Shown in pieces: positions 27,846-41,565 of a stretch of 64,000 nt of DNA. The position numbers and the translations under genes were made by a program. The notes under the pieces are model-generated. The model was given only the letters and a program-made list of their open reading frames with translations. It was not told the origin of the DNA and did no database searches. Within the stretch, counting starts at the first letter, position 1. Each line of letters starts with the position of its first letter. Source of the DNA: Auanema rhodensis (lineage: Eukaryota > Animalia > Nematoda); contig OZ059900.1 of the NCBI GenBank assembly GCA_964057225.1, positions 14,136,001-14,200,000 on the forward strand, given 5' to 3'.

Positions 27846-28733
27846 GATGAAAGCGTTTAGGAATGAAGTATCTGCAGTAGATAAGAAGAATTTTCTTGCA
27901 GTCTTTCCGATGTTATATAAAACACTTAAATAGAAAAATAGATAAGATAACAGAGAACAACCAGTATTCTGTTTTGCGATGTTTTTAACGTGAAAAAAAA
28001 CGACAATAAAAGACAAATATCAGAGTTATTATTGTAGAATGTACCAAAAATGATTTTCTAAATTGTTGAAAAACAAATGACTTGTAGATTACAAAACGGT
28101 TCATATTTAGCGGGTAAAAGAATTACGTGTTTATATTTTGAACCGCAATGTGCGCGTTGCGTATTTTGATTCATGCATTTAAACCGATAAAATTGGCGGG
28201 ACGGGCTCATGTTATATGAATGACTTTTTATTCTTACGACATCCTCAGTTGTACAGCTGAGAGCTCCAAAAAAGGTTAAGCAGAATTTTTTCTTTCTATT
28301 TTTCTTATTCTCTTTTATTTAGTCTTGAAAATAACTTATAAATATACTTTAATGTATATTATATATGAGTTATATCATTTGATCGCTTTTCGTATATATC
28401 GTATCGCAATGAATGTTGAAAATGATAGGACTTAGTTTATGTTTAACTAGCTGAGAGAGATCTCTATTTACACAGGCACTTTAATCATCAAATGATGACA
28501 AAGTTGTGGCGCTAAACTGTTCTCAAATCATCATTTTCTTATCAACTCTAGTATAAAACATCCGAGATGAAAAATTAGTACTCAATGCGTATCAACGGTG
28601 ATTCTTGAATGTTTTCCCATGTTTATCTAGATTTGAACACATTTGCACTAATACTTATGCATTGTTTTCGTTTTTTCTCTTTGATTCAAATTGTTATTTC
28701 ACCAACTTTTTTAAGATTTGCTCTAAATTAACA

Positions 28734-29918
28734 ATGACTGTTGGAGGTCCATCTGTTGCACTTTCTAATGGAGTTAACATGCCATTAGTTGGCCTCGGTA
28801 CTTGGCAGGTTTTTACTACTACTCAGAATTGAAAGTTGTAAATATCCAATTATAGTCATCCGTTGAAGATGTTAAGCGTGCTGTTCATTCCGCTTTTGAT
28901 GCTGGATATCGTTTGATTGATACCGCAGCTGTTTATGCAAATGAAGATGCTATTGGGGAGGCTATTCAAGAAGCAATTACTGCCGGACAAATTAAACGCG
29001 AAGATGTTTTCATCACTACCAAGGTACAATTGTATATATATCTTTCTAGTTTTGATGAACTAATTTTAGGCTTGGGCCTCTCACCTTCATCCTGATGATA
29101 TTGAGCAACATCTTCGAGAATCTCTTTCAAAGCTTAAAACTGATTATGTTGACTTATACCTTTGTCATATGCCAGCAACTTTCAATGTAAGTTACACTTC
29201 AAACTTATAAAATTCTATTATTATCATTTAGAACGCGATGACTGAACAAAATCCATCTGTGTCTGTTGAAGATGTTTGGCGTGGATTGGAAAGCCTTTAT
29301 AAGAAAAAACTTGTTCGCGCGATCGGTGTTTCAAACTGGAGCTCTGAGCAAATTGAACGTGTTATGAAAGTAGCAACTGTACCAATTCACAATTGTCAAG
29401 TAGAGTTGTACTTGTACTTCCCTCAACATGAGCTCCATGAGACATGCAAGAAGCACAACATTAGTTTGACTTCATATGCCTCTCTTGGTTCTCCAGGACG
29501 TGTTAATTTTTCCCTTCCAAGTGGAGCGTACGTTTTGTTTGTTATTCATTGTAATACTTGAGTTTTTCAGTAAGCTTGAATGGGCCCCTGCTCCCAGTCC
29601 ATTGGAAAACGAATATGTTAACTCTTTAGCTAAGAAGTATAATAAGAGCGCTGCTCAAATTCTTCTTCGTTATGTCATGGACCGTGGAATTGCTATCATC
29701 CCCAAATCAATTAATCCTGCTCGTATTGTGGAGAATTTCAATGTAAATTTTATATTCTTTTTAGTTTTTTAGATTTACTTTTTCAGGTTTTTGACTTCTC
29801 TTTGACAAAGGAAGAAATTGATCAATTAGAAAAGGCTCCTTACAGACAAAGACTGTTCCTTCAAGACTTCATGGAAGGTCATCCAGAAGATCCTTTCAAG
29901 AGTGAAAGAAAACATTAA
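28734..29918 (+). CDS. Aldo-keto reductase (AKR1-like)
   Basis: Motifs MPLVGLGTWQ, GYRLIDTAAVY, REDVFITTK, YVDLYLCHMP, RAIGVSN and IIPKS. Ends HPEDPFKSERKH*. Confidence 0.95.
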
Positions 29919-30483
29919 AAATAGATTCAAGCATTATGTTTGTTGAATAATTTTAATAAAAATAAACTTTTTTTTAATGTGAAATAAGTGCAAAATAAAA
30001 ATAATACAAAAAGATATAATATCAGCAATATATGTCTAGAAAAAAGAGATAAGAAATTTGGCCTAAGGGCAACATTAAATTTCGTGATAGCCCGATGTCT
30101 TATATGAAAACATTTGATTTTCAGTTCAAATATTAATCGTAAAATAGATATAGATTGAAATGTGAATAGGGGTGCAATAATTAAAATTTTTAGATAGCAA
30201 TTTAAAGTGAAAAAAATTAAATTGAGCATACATAGTACTATGAAGTTTTTTCTCTTAATAAATAACAAATAGTGTTAAGATTTTTTCTGAAGATTAATCG
30301 TGCAGTACATTTCTTAATAATCGATAAAATGAATAGCGCCGGTTCATCGATCATTTTTGTGAAGGTCATTATACAACGCAGTGAGTTTCTTGTGTGCTGT
30401 GAACTGCCCATATTGATTTAACAACGTCAAGTTTAATAATAAAGGTTTAAAGCGTTAAATACGTTTATAAACAAATATTAAAC

Positions 30484-31262
30484 ATGTGGTTATTAGCTAT
30501 ATGGCTTTCATTCTTTTCAGTGACAGCAAGTGAGTATATGTCAGCAACTAATTATGACTTATCATCTACTTTTGCAGAAGATGATCCCTTATATTTTTTT
30601 ATTAACCATCCTAGTAAATTATCATATACGTATCAAATGCAACCCTCTACTCACATTGCTGCACCGTTTCCAATATATGCTATGAAGGTATTCAAAAACA
30701 AGTTTTTGGATCCATTTTAAAATCTTAGAGTGTGCAATTAACGTATTCTTATCCATCTCATGCTTGTGAACCATTAAAAAACCGGCTCGAGCCAAACCAG
30801 GTTGTGCTTATTGAAAGAGGGTATTTTTAAAAATTGTTAGAAAGGTGAAAAATTGGAATTTTAGTGAATGCTCGTTTATAACAAAAGTAAGATACGCGGA
30901 AGAAGCAGGAGCTGTTATAGCTCTTATTACAAACTCTAAACAAGGTATGTTTAATTTTTTGAGCATTTTTAATGTTTTCATGAAAAATGTTTTCAAGCGG
31001 GTACAGATGATTTTATCGATATGATTTCTGATGGAAGCGCTCCTAAAGCTAGTATTCCCGCAGCATATATTACCGGAGCAAGCGGGTAAGTTAATATTTT
31101 AAAATCATTTTAATTGACTTCTATATTTGAACAATCTGTAGAAGAAGAATTCGTGAATATCTTCTGTATAACAATGAAGCCATTGAAATAACTATCCCTT
31201 TGAATCATTCCCTCTCAATGTTACATGAAATAAGCAGCAAACCGCCATGGGAACTGTGGTGA
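30484..31262 (+). CDS. Secreted protease-associated (PA) domain protein, PRADC1-like
   Basis: Signal peptide; YPSHACEPL..; [23 protein letters not shown]; FIDMISDG; C-terminus KPPWELW*, as in PRADC1. Confidence 0.85.
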
Positions 31263-32194
31263 TTCGGAAAATTAGTATTTATTTATTTGTCTGTGATTTT
31301 TCTCTTGTTCTTAGAATGTATTGAAAATAAAAAATTTTTGAACAGTATCGTTGTAAAAAAATTGAACTCATATTTGTAATTTTCTTTTCTCTATTTTCAT
31401 TTTTAGCAGGAAAACAGAATGAGAAATCTAGACGTTCTGTATGAGAACACAAATCCTTTTTTCTTTGACTCGAATACTCTTTAATTCTTTCTTATGACCC
31501 AGAACAGGAAACAATTCGGATGGTTTAATAGAGAAGTGAAGTTTTCAATCTCAGAAAAATCTATTCTCAAGACCTATTGATCGATTATTCAGTGATCCGC
31601 AAACAACAAGCGACGTACTTTAAATAAACAATCTAACAGCTGTTATCGATTCATCACTGTTTAGATGAAAATAAGACGAAAGTTTTAAAAAATATGTATT
31701 CCTGAAATTTAATGTATTATATTTAACATTTATCGGTTCTTATTGATCAGAAATCAGTTATTGTTTAATTGAAATAATTTGTTTCATATTATTTGGCGCT
31801 ATTTTTGTACTGGTTTTACAAGTGTTTCATTATTTTTTTGAAATATTGTATATAATACATTTCTTATTCATGTTATAAAGTAAGTATACTAAAGAAACCC
31901 TTTTTTTCTAGAATTTTTTTGAAACGCGGTAAAATTGTTGATCAAATAAAATAGATAATTCCAGAAATATAATTTTTCAAACTACATAAATAATTTTGTT
32001 GTTGTTTTTATTTATTTTTAAAGCCACGCTATACCTTGCTCTATTGCTAAATATTTGCCCTACTGTAAACGTTATTTGAATTTGAATTTATTCGTCATCA
32101 ATTATGACTCATTTGTATTTCGTTCGTATCCTTGTCTCCTTGTTTTTCGTACTTCGTGATTTTTTTACATTAATGCTTTTTACATTATCTCAGA

Positions 32195-34695
32195 ATGAGT
32201 GAGAAACAAGAATTTGAGCATCTCCGCTCTTTTGCTTCTTTACCTAGAACTACTCGTGGATTACCTGTTGTTGTTGGGGTGAGCCCAAAAGGTGAAAAAA
32301 TAACGTATACAAATGGAAATTCTGTTTTCACTGTTAACTTGGATGTAAGTTCTTTCTTAAGTTTTGCATGTAACGCAAACATTCAGGATATCACCAAGCC
32401 TGACATTTATACCGAACATTCGGTTCCAGCTACTGTCGCCAAGATCAGCCCCAGCGGGTGACTTTTCAGTTGAAATAGTTTTGATTAGTTCTCTATATAC
32501 AGATTTTACTGTGCTTCTGGAGATAACTCAGGAAATGTGCGCATTTGGGATACTACTCAATCTACTCATATTTTGAAAGCTACGTATTCGGTTTGTTTCA
32601 CGTCTTTTTGATGTTACTTGAGTTTTTAGGTATTTAATGGGCCTGTACGCGACATAGCTTGGAATGACGATAGTAAGAGAATTGCGGTTGTCGGTGAAGG
32701 ACGTGAACGCTTTGGACATGTTTTTCTTTTTGATACCGGTACCTCTAATGGAAACCTCTCCGGACAATCTCGTCCGATGAGTAGCATTGATTTTCGTCCA
32801 ACAGTTAAATCTTATTTTTTATATATACTTATAAATGACTATTTCAGCGACCTTACCGTTTGATCAGTGGTTCTGAAGACAACACTGTTGCCCTATTCGA
32901 AGGTCCACCTTTCAAATTTAAAACGGTATCTCTGTTATAACATTTGTTCATGATTATTTTATTACAGACATTTCACGACCACTCTAGATTTGTTCATGTT
33001 ACGCGATATTCTCCTGATGGGTCTGTCTTTGCTAGTGCTGGTGCAGATGGCAAAGTAATTGTATATGAAGGAACAGAAGGAACCAAACAGTTCGAGCTTT
33101 CTGATGACTCTTGCAAGGTAAGTATTCTCATTTATAAAAGCACTGATAATAATTTAGGGCGCAGCTCATGGTGGAAGTGTTTTTGGATTGACATGGTCTC
33201 TAGATGGCAAACGATTGGCTACGGCTTCCGGGGATAAGACTGTTAAAATTTGGAATGTTGAGACACGATCTTTAGAGAAGTATATCAATTTTTGAAAGAA
33301 ATAGTTAATTTGTTGAACTTCAGAACTGTTACTTTGGGAAAAGACGTTGAAGACCAGCAGTTATCTGCTATTTGGACCAAAAATGGGGTGTTGTCTGTCT
33401 CGCTTAATGGATTTTTAAATTGCATCAATCCTGATTCTGGATCTATTGAGAAGGTATCCAGTTTCCTGCTTTTTTAAAAAATAATTTTATTGAAGGTCAT
33501 TTGTGGACACAGTAAACCAATAACTGCTGTTGCTATTTCTTTCAATAAAGATTATCTATTCACTGCTGATTTCGAAGGAAATATAAGTTTGTATTTATTT
33601 ATTACATTTTCATAGTATCAAATTTTTAGCGAGATGGAACTTAAAAGATGCAGAATCTAAGCGCTTAACTCCAAAGGTTCACAAATCTCAGATTGTTGCA
33701 TTGTTCATGACCAAAAGTGGAACTCTCATTAGTTGTGGATGGGATGACACAGTTCAATTTACTACCGGAGTTCTTGAGAAATGCGGTGAATATTTATATT
33801 TTAATTCATAGATATTAACGCAATATCAATTTCCAGATGGTATTAATTCAAAAACAATTGGTTTGCCTTCTCAGCCACTTGGGTTAGCAAGTGCAAGTGA
33901 TGGCTCAACAGTAATTATGTCATGTTACAAACACATGGTAGTTTTGAAGGTAATTAAAACAAATAATATTCAGTATTCACAAATTGTCTTATAGAATGAA
34001 CAAATTGTCAATACTCTTGCTATCGATGTCCAATCTACGTGTGTTGCATTTTCTGAAACCAAGAATCTTGTTGCTGCTGGAGCACAAGTATTTCATTTTT
34101 ACAAAGAATTAATGATTATTGTTGGTTTTAGAATTCGAAGATCATTATTTATTCTCTTGCTGAAAATGGTAATTTGGATGAAATCAAGCAGATCGTTCAC
34201 TCCGGGCCACTCACTTCTATTGCTTTCTCCGAAAACAGTCAGTACTTAGTTGCAACTGATGGAGCTCGAAAAGTAAGTTCACAACATAAAAGTTTTTTAA
34301 ATCATTATTCAGGTTGTTCCTTACGCTGTTGAAGACAGTTTCAAGTTGGCTTCTTTGAAAGAATGGACTTTCCATATGGCTAAAGTATTGTTACTTCATG
34401 TTTGTTTTATGCAAGATTTTTTAAGGTCAACTGCGTAGCCTGGAATCCTAACAACCGTTACCTAGCTACTGGAGGTTTAGATACCAATTTAATTGTGTGG
34501 GATTTGCAGAAAAGTGGAGAACATCCAATTATTATCAAAGGTTTTTATAGTAGATAGTACGTTATGCATGGTTTTGAAATTTTTCCAGGAGCTCATCAAA
34601 TGTCACCAATTAATGGAATTGTTTGGATAAATGAGAATGAATTAATTACGGTTGGACAAGATGCTAATGTGAAACATTGGCGTGTTTTTATTTAA
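32195..34695 (+). CDS. unc-78: Actin-interacting protein 1 (WDR1/AIP1), WD40 repeats
   Basis: Motifs [16 protein letters not shown]...[51 protein letters not shown] and [14 protein letters not shown]. Confidence 0.95.
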
Positions 34696-35125
34696 GTAGT
34701 ATTACTCCACATATTATAAGCTTTATTTAGCAAAACAGTGCTATTTCAAATTGTAATGCTTTCTTTGCTCTTTTGATTATAGTATAATAAAGTTATTTGT
34801 GAAATCAGTTTTAACTACAACAGTATACGTACTAAGATACTATTAAACGGTTTGTATACTCTATAGTAGACTTCGACAGAGCTTCGGTTTTTCTGATGTT
34901 TTCATACAGTTTATAATCTCCTGATATGAATATGAGAAATCAATAGAATAGATATACAATCTCCCAGAAACTAGTAGTATTGATATCTTCAATAAGTGTC
35001 AATAACTATATTGTAATAATCTATTATATTATAACTCTTTTGTTAAGCTTCGAAGGTCTTCTATATAGCTATCAATAGATATGTGCTGGTAAATTCAGTT
35101 TATTCACATTTTAAAGAAAACATAA

Positions 35126-36295
35126 TCATTGACAAATATTGTAACGACGAATAAGTCCTTGCTTGAAAGTATTCTCCAGTAGCATAGCTACGGTCATGGG
35201 ACCAACACCACCGGGAACAGGAGTGACATGTGAGGCAACCTGAATAATTATGATTAATAATTCATTTAATAGTAAATTTGCTCACTTTAAGTGCTTCTTC
35301 CGTATCGACGTCACCAAAGATTTTATTTTTTTTGCTACTGTCGGGGTTAGGTTCAACATTTATACCGCAATCAATAACGATAGCTCCAGGTTTTACAAAA
35401 TCGCCTGAAATTTCAAAAGTTTTAGTAAAAGATGTACTTGTCAATCTACCTTTGATGAATTGTTTTTTTCCTATAGCCACAAACAAAATGTCGGCTTTCA
35501 AACAATGCTCTTTCAGATTTACTGTACGTGAATGGCACACAGTAACAGTGCAATTTTCCCAAATAAGCATACTTGCAGCAGGTGCACCCACAATTTTTGA
35601 TCGACCAACCACTGTGACATTTTTTCCAGAAAGACTCTCGTTTCCTTTACGCGTTAATGTTAAAGTAAGAAAAAAATGTATTAATTGCTACCTAGTGCTT
35701 TCTTTATCAAAAAAAGACAGCCCCATGGAGTACATGGCATAATGGCACTTTTCTCACCTCGCATCAAGCGACCAGCGTTGAAACGAGTAAGTCCATCAAC
35801 ATCCTTAAAAACTCGATCAAAACAGAAATAACGTATCAAACAAACTTTTAGCGGGTGTATGCAATCAATAACAGAATCAACATCGAAATCAATCTCACAA
35901 TCAAGCGGCAACTGTGTTTCAAATAACAAATGATAAAGGACAAAAAAAATATACCTGAATAATTATTCCATCAATGTCATCATTTTCATTCAGTTTTTTT
36001 ATTTCATTTTCCAAGGCATCTTTGGTTGTGGAACGAGGCAGTTTTATAAGCACTCCTTCCATACCAACTTCGCGGGCTTTACGGATTTTCGCGTTAATAT
36101 ACACATTTGAATCAGAACGATCTCCAACCTTAAAAAAGTTTACAATCATATACAATAACAAAACATTTATACTTGAACAATGGCTAAAGTGGGAGTGAAT
36201 GCAGGTTTGTTTGAGCGAATATCTTGTAAACTATTTTTTAGGTTTTCCAGCACTTGCTTAGATCCTTCAATACCACTTAATAGCTGACCGGCCAT
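35126..36295 (-). CDS. dao-3: Methylenetetrahydrofolate dehydrogenase/cyclohydrolase (FolD-like; N-terminal half of MTHFD1)
   Basis: Motifs [50 protein letters not shown] and [15 protein letters not shown]. Has its own stop after ...RRYNICQ. Confidence 0.92.
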
Positions 36296-37739
36296 GTTCA
36301 ACTATTTACAATCTAAATAAAAAAAATAGATAAAAAAACTGAAAAAAAATGTACGAGAAAAAACAAAGCCACACAAGACACTGTTCAAATTATGGATACT
36401 GGCCGTGGCACAATCTTTATATAGCGCGCCATATCGATTTTATCGCATATAGTATTTTAACATCTTTTATTTTTACAAACAATTTGTTATCAAAGTAATC
36501 GATCAGATGACCTGGGTCAGGGTTTATGAACAACTTGTACTTTGGTTTTTGGATGATTAAAAATGATAAAAACAAAAATCTCTAGATCAGAAACGTTTTC
36601 AACTTTTGCATAATAGTTTTGAACAAAGCAAAGTTTTAATCTTATTCATCCATTTATAATTGTTTGTCATTTTTTCACTGTATGAGAAATTGCGTTTGTT
36701 TTTTATATGAAGATTCAAGATAATGTTCAAAGCTATGTTCTTTGCCGCTAATGCATCTACAAACTTGTTTTAGTCGCTCGTATAACTTAGGAAGGATTTC
36801 TTCTTGATTTAAATTAAATGCAGAATCCTAGAAAAGCTCAAAAATTGTTCGTTTTATCAACAAATCAGCGAAATGATTCATATTTGTTTTAGTCATTTCA
36901 ATCTCAGATTGCGTTAAGTCAATAGTTTTTTAGAGTCAGCTCACTCATTGTGAATGTACTATTAAAACTATTTTGTCTTTCCTAATTATGCTTAAACTCA
37001 TCCTTAAATTTGTAACTATTGTTCATTAAACTGATTGTACAAATAATCTTGTATGTTTTCATTTTAAGCTACTATAACTTTAAAAATTTTTTTTTTTAGA
37101 GAATGCTAGCTTGAAATGTAAACAGGTCAAACCCAACTGTACTCACACAAAGTGATGTACAATATACAAATGTAATAATCTAATTTTATTATACCTAATA
37201 AAGTCCTTTTTGTGAAAATGAACATTTTAAAGTAGCAAAAGAGGTATCGATTTGTTCTAACCACTTTGCGAAATAATTGCGGTCAGGACTATAGGACACG
37301 ACCTATTTATTTCAACTGAACTCTCCACATTTGACAGTAATCTCTTTCTTATTCGCTTCCTGAGATTCTAAATTCACACAGTCTCTCACCAAATCTTTTA
37401 TAGTGATTCCTTTTTCTTCTCGCAGTATTCAGTTCTAAATCTTCTGATTCTCTTATATGCGATCTTTTTAAAAATTTGTTCTGTGAATACGTTATGTTAA
37501 TGGCTTGTAATATTGTCAAAAAAATTATAAGCTTACTGAAAGTTATAATATTTTCTATAAGTATTTGATAAACTTTAATAATTTCATTATTTCCAAGTGT
37601 GATTGTGTTCTTAAAAACATAAAATGTTTAATTTTTTTGTTAAGTAACATTCAGAGCAAATATCGTATTAGACAATATATCTGCACTGACCTTTCTATTC
37701 AAGTTCTGGCGACAGATGGCATATAACCAATACTTCTGA

Positions 37740-37754
37740 ACACACACCCACACT

Positions 37755-37788
<34 letters not shown>
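37740..37788. repeat. (CA)n/(TA)n microsatellite
   Basis: acacaccca cactcacaca cacacacaca cacacacaca tatatata. Confidence 0.85.
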
Positions 37789-38511
37789 AAGACAAAGTGT
37801 AAGAACATGAATCTTCTCTTTTTCAAGTTTTGCATTTCAATATTGATGTCTACCATTTTATCTTATATAAAGCATCTCCATTGATTGACACTTTTTATTG
37901 TTCGACCTTCAAAACTTTAATTTTTCCTTCACTCTTAACGTTTGAATTCAGACAAGTTCATGCAAAAATGTTTTCATTTTATACCTTGATACTGTTTTGT
38001 TTCTTATTTTGCTGTCGATTAGTTTTATAATTTTTACAACTGCTTTTTCGTTTTGAAGCTGTATATGATAGAAAGTATAAGGATGATTTTATGATGCTTC
38101 TTAATCAAGTTTCATTAATTTTTTTGTTTAACAACTTTATCGAATCTCATTTAAGTTACATATGAAAACAACTGTTCATAAACTCAGTATTATTACGGTA
38201 TAAATATATTTGGAAAAAAACTTGTTTATAGATAATTTTCATATCAAGTTCAATTTTAAACTTTTATAGCCAAAAAGATAGACTTTATTGGAATTTTCTG
38301 CTGATGAATTTGCTAACAAACTTAAAATAATTTGGAAAAAAAAAGAGTTCAAAACAAAACTACTCATTTTTGTATCTGTATAAATAATTATTTTCTTCTT
38401 TCTATTTGTGTAGTGACCATGTATGATTCTCTGCCTTTTTCAAATTTTAGTCTATTTCCCGCGCATTCACTCCATCTTGTATTTTTTCAGAGCGTGGATT
38501 GAATTCCGCCA

Positions 38512-40154
38512 ATGCCAACAGATTCGGCACGACAAACCAAAAAACGGAAGCCACGCCAAGAAATTTCATCTTGTTTAAAATGGCTTGTCTGTTTTTTAAA
38601 TTTTCCTGCATTTGTGAGTTTGATATTTTTATATTTGATAGATATTTTTTTTTCGAAAATGTTTAACTTATAACTATGATTACAGCTCTTTGGTGTAGCT
38701 GTTCTAGCTCTAGGAGTATATTTATTTATTAAAGACTACACTGAAATTAATTTGTGGGAAATTTTTTTGAATCCTGCAACAATTTTAGCGTTTATTGGTA
38801 GGCCCTTGTATCATTTTTCATGTTAACTAAATAATTCTTAAGGATTTTTAATATGTTCTATTTCAATGATGGGTGCATTAGGAGCTCTTCGCGATAATAT
38901 TTTCTTGCTCAAATCGGTTTTTTCTTTTCTAATTTCGATGAAAAAGAACAAATCATTTCAGTTTGCCATTTCGATATTCGGAAGCTATTTGCTGATTGTA
39001 ATATCTACGCTGTTTGTTTTTATACTATTTTTTACTGATTCTATGGGAACATGGTCGGCAAAGAATGTTTTGCTTTTTGCCGTTAAAAACTATCATGCAA
39101 ATCGTAATATTGCGGAAATTGTTGACTCAGTTCAAGAAAATGTTTGAGTTGTAAATTGCTCTTAATTACCAACCTTGGGAATTTCAGTTTGAATGCTGCG
39201 GTGTTTTGTCTCTAGCACAAGGCTACAGAGATTGGAGCCTTAGTCATCAGTTCAATTGTTCTGTTGGAAATCCGCAACCAGAAAAATGTGGTGTACCTTA
39301 CTCGTGCTGCAAAAAGTCGGTCATAACTCAAGCGGTAAGCATAATGTTCTTTCATTGCATAAATAAATAAAAATTAGGTTGGCTCGTCTAATCCATTACT
39401 TCCGGCAATGAGGTCCTTGGAGTGTTGGCAAAATGCATTAAACCGGCGTCCATTAGAGCTTGAACATGACATCTACACACGAGGGTGCTTAGCACCACTT
39501 CGCTCTGCGTTCGAGTCAAATGCGATTCATGTGGGAACGATAATGGCACTTGTCATAATTCCAGTCGTATGTTGCTTCAAGTTTTGTATATTCATATATG
39601 ACTTTTTTCAGTGTGTTATAGTATGCTTAACTAATATACTAGCGAAACAGATTGATCATCAGCATTATTTACTTGAACGGGAAGCTATACGCTATGAACG
39701 AAGACAAAAGCGAAAACATTTGCGACCACGACCTAGAGAAATGATTTTACTTGAAAGTTCAGAAAAAGTAAAGACTGTTACAAAAGACCAAATAGAGGTA
39801 TTATTTGATAGATTTTGGTAGTTCACTCATAATTCCATGTTGTAGGCTGTACCAAAAACTTCTTCTAGTTCACCCCTTTCTGGTGTTCCAAAAAATTCAG
39901 AATCATCTCCGAAAAAAACTAGTAAGCAGCAACAGACGCAAGCTCCATCTCGAATATCAAATCCAATGCGATCAACCGCACCTGCGATGCCACCTACTAG
40001 CTCGATACCAACAAGAAAACATACACCAGCATCACAGATAAACCATCCTTTAACACAATCAGCAGTGAACGACGCTCGTTTTAAACAATGGATTTTGCAA
40101 CAATCAGATCTTTCAAAAATAAGCGAAGTGCCTCTTACACCACCTTTAAGTTAA
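38512..40154 (+). CDS. tsp-14: TspanC8-type tetraspanin with long C-terminal tail
   Basis: Four TM segments; GALRDNIFLLK; large extracellular loop ECCG..DW..FNC..NPQPEKCGVPYSCC..CWQN..IYTRGC with 8 Cys; lies next to ntc-1. Confidence 0.82.
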
Positions 40155-40636
40155 TTCGGGTCAGTGACTATATCAAGTTACTCAAGTCAAAACGTTTTTA
40201 TTTTAAAAAATGTTTGATGATCATTGCTATATCTATTCAAGTATTTTACACATTTTCTAGCAATTCATGCATAATATAATGTTCATACATGTATTTTTTG
40301 TCATAACTATTTTCTATTTTCACGAACAATTCTCGACATTATAATATTCGTAATGAAATTTTTCTCAACGAAAAGTATACAATATGTAATATATATGTAT
40401 TAGAATAATAACTTTTGATTTTTTCTGAGATTAGAAGTTAAGCAGATCTAGGAGATGTCAGAGATTATCAGCTCAAATCTCGCTTATATGTAGGTTTTGA
40501 ACGTTTTAGTAGTTTTTGCATTTGTGTTGAACAAAATGTAATAATATTTATTAGTACAACCATTCCGTCATAGTTCATAATTCATAAAATATTGTGGAAA
40601 AAGTATCGGTATATACTGCTGTTACAAGAAGAAAAT

Positions 40637-41100
40637 CTATAGACACATTATACTTTTCTTGCAAACAACTGTAACATCGGTCGATTATCAATGTGAAATA
40701 TCAGTTGAAACTAACCATTGGTGCAACATAGCTCGGATCCTATACATCTTCCAGGAATATGATTTATCTATAATATATGTGTTTGGAATAGAATGATTAA
40801 GATAACACCTTGCAGTATTGTTCTGGACAGACAGCTGTGTCTGAACAGTCACTTGTTGGGAAACACAGATGGTCAGTGCAGCATCTGCCTTCTGTCCTGC
40901 ATATGCCTTCACGACCAATTCCTTGATACAATAATTACAAAATATATTGAAATGCTTCAAAACAACTAACCACAGGATAAACATCTGATGTTACGGCCAT
41001 AACGTCGGTAAGGACATGAGTTAAGAAAACATGCTGTAGCTACCGTAAAAAAAGCAAACAAGTAAATCAAAAAATAGAATCTCCGCGATGAAAATATCAT
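40637..41100 (-). CDS. ntc-1: Nematocin (oxytocin/vasopressin-like) precursor with neurophysin domain
   Basis: MIFSSRRFYFLIYLFAFFTVATA-CFLNSCPYRRY-GR, followed by a 14-Cys neurophysin domain across 4 exons. Ends CKKSIMCL*. Confidence 0.95.
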
Positions 41101-41565
41101 TTTGAAAACAGTTGTGTTCATATTAGTGAATGCAGAATATATATATTCATTTCAGGATTAAAACAAAAGAGGTGTAAAAGGAACTATTTATACAAAGTTA
41201 ATTTTGAAAAGTAGATTTAAAATCCTCCAATTCAGTTATAAGAAGGATTGAGAATTGTTCCAAGATTATAAACTATTGTTGATTAGAATACGCCTTCAAT
41301 AATCTCCTATTTGAATATTGATAAAAATGAGGGAGATGTATTGAACCGGAAAAGGTGATTATATTCAAAAACATTTCATTTTGTTGTAAAAATTTTGAGA
41401 TTAGATTGAGAAACCACAGTTAAATTTGTATTTATAGATGTGGAAACTATTCTGAGTAAAAACACAACTGTAATTGAGTTATATCTCTGTCTAAATATAA
41501 ATTTTCAATGCTAATCTGTATCAAATATTGAAGCCAAGATGTTTTTATTTCTAATAAATAGCACA

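Noticed and set aside
31405-31627. Exon/intron-like segment between PRADC1 and unc-78
   Set aside because: The splice combinations I tried gave early stops or only tiny peptides.
28734-34695. AKR-PRADC1-unc-78 as an SL2 operon
   Set aside because: Gaps of ~560 and ~930 bp between CDSs are longer than typical operon spacing; this cannot be supported without SL data.
34862-35065. Imperfect ~15 bp inverted repeats between convergent unc-78 and dao-3 (MITE-like)
   Set aside because: Short and mismatched, no clear target-site duplication, and no second copy noticed in the window.
40688-40984. ORF-track 98 aa minus-strand ORF
   Set aside because: It is the wrong frame over nematocin exons and introns.
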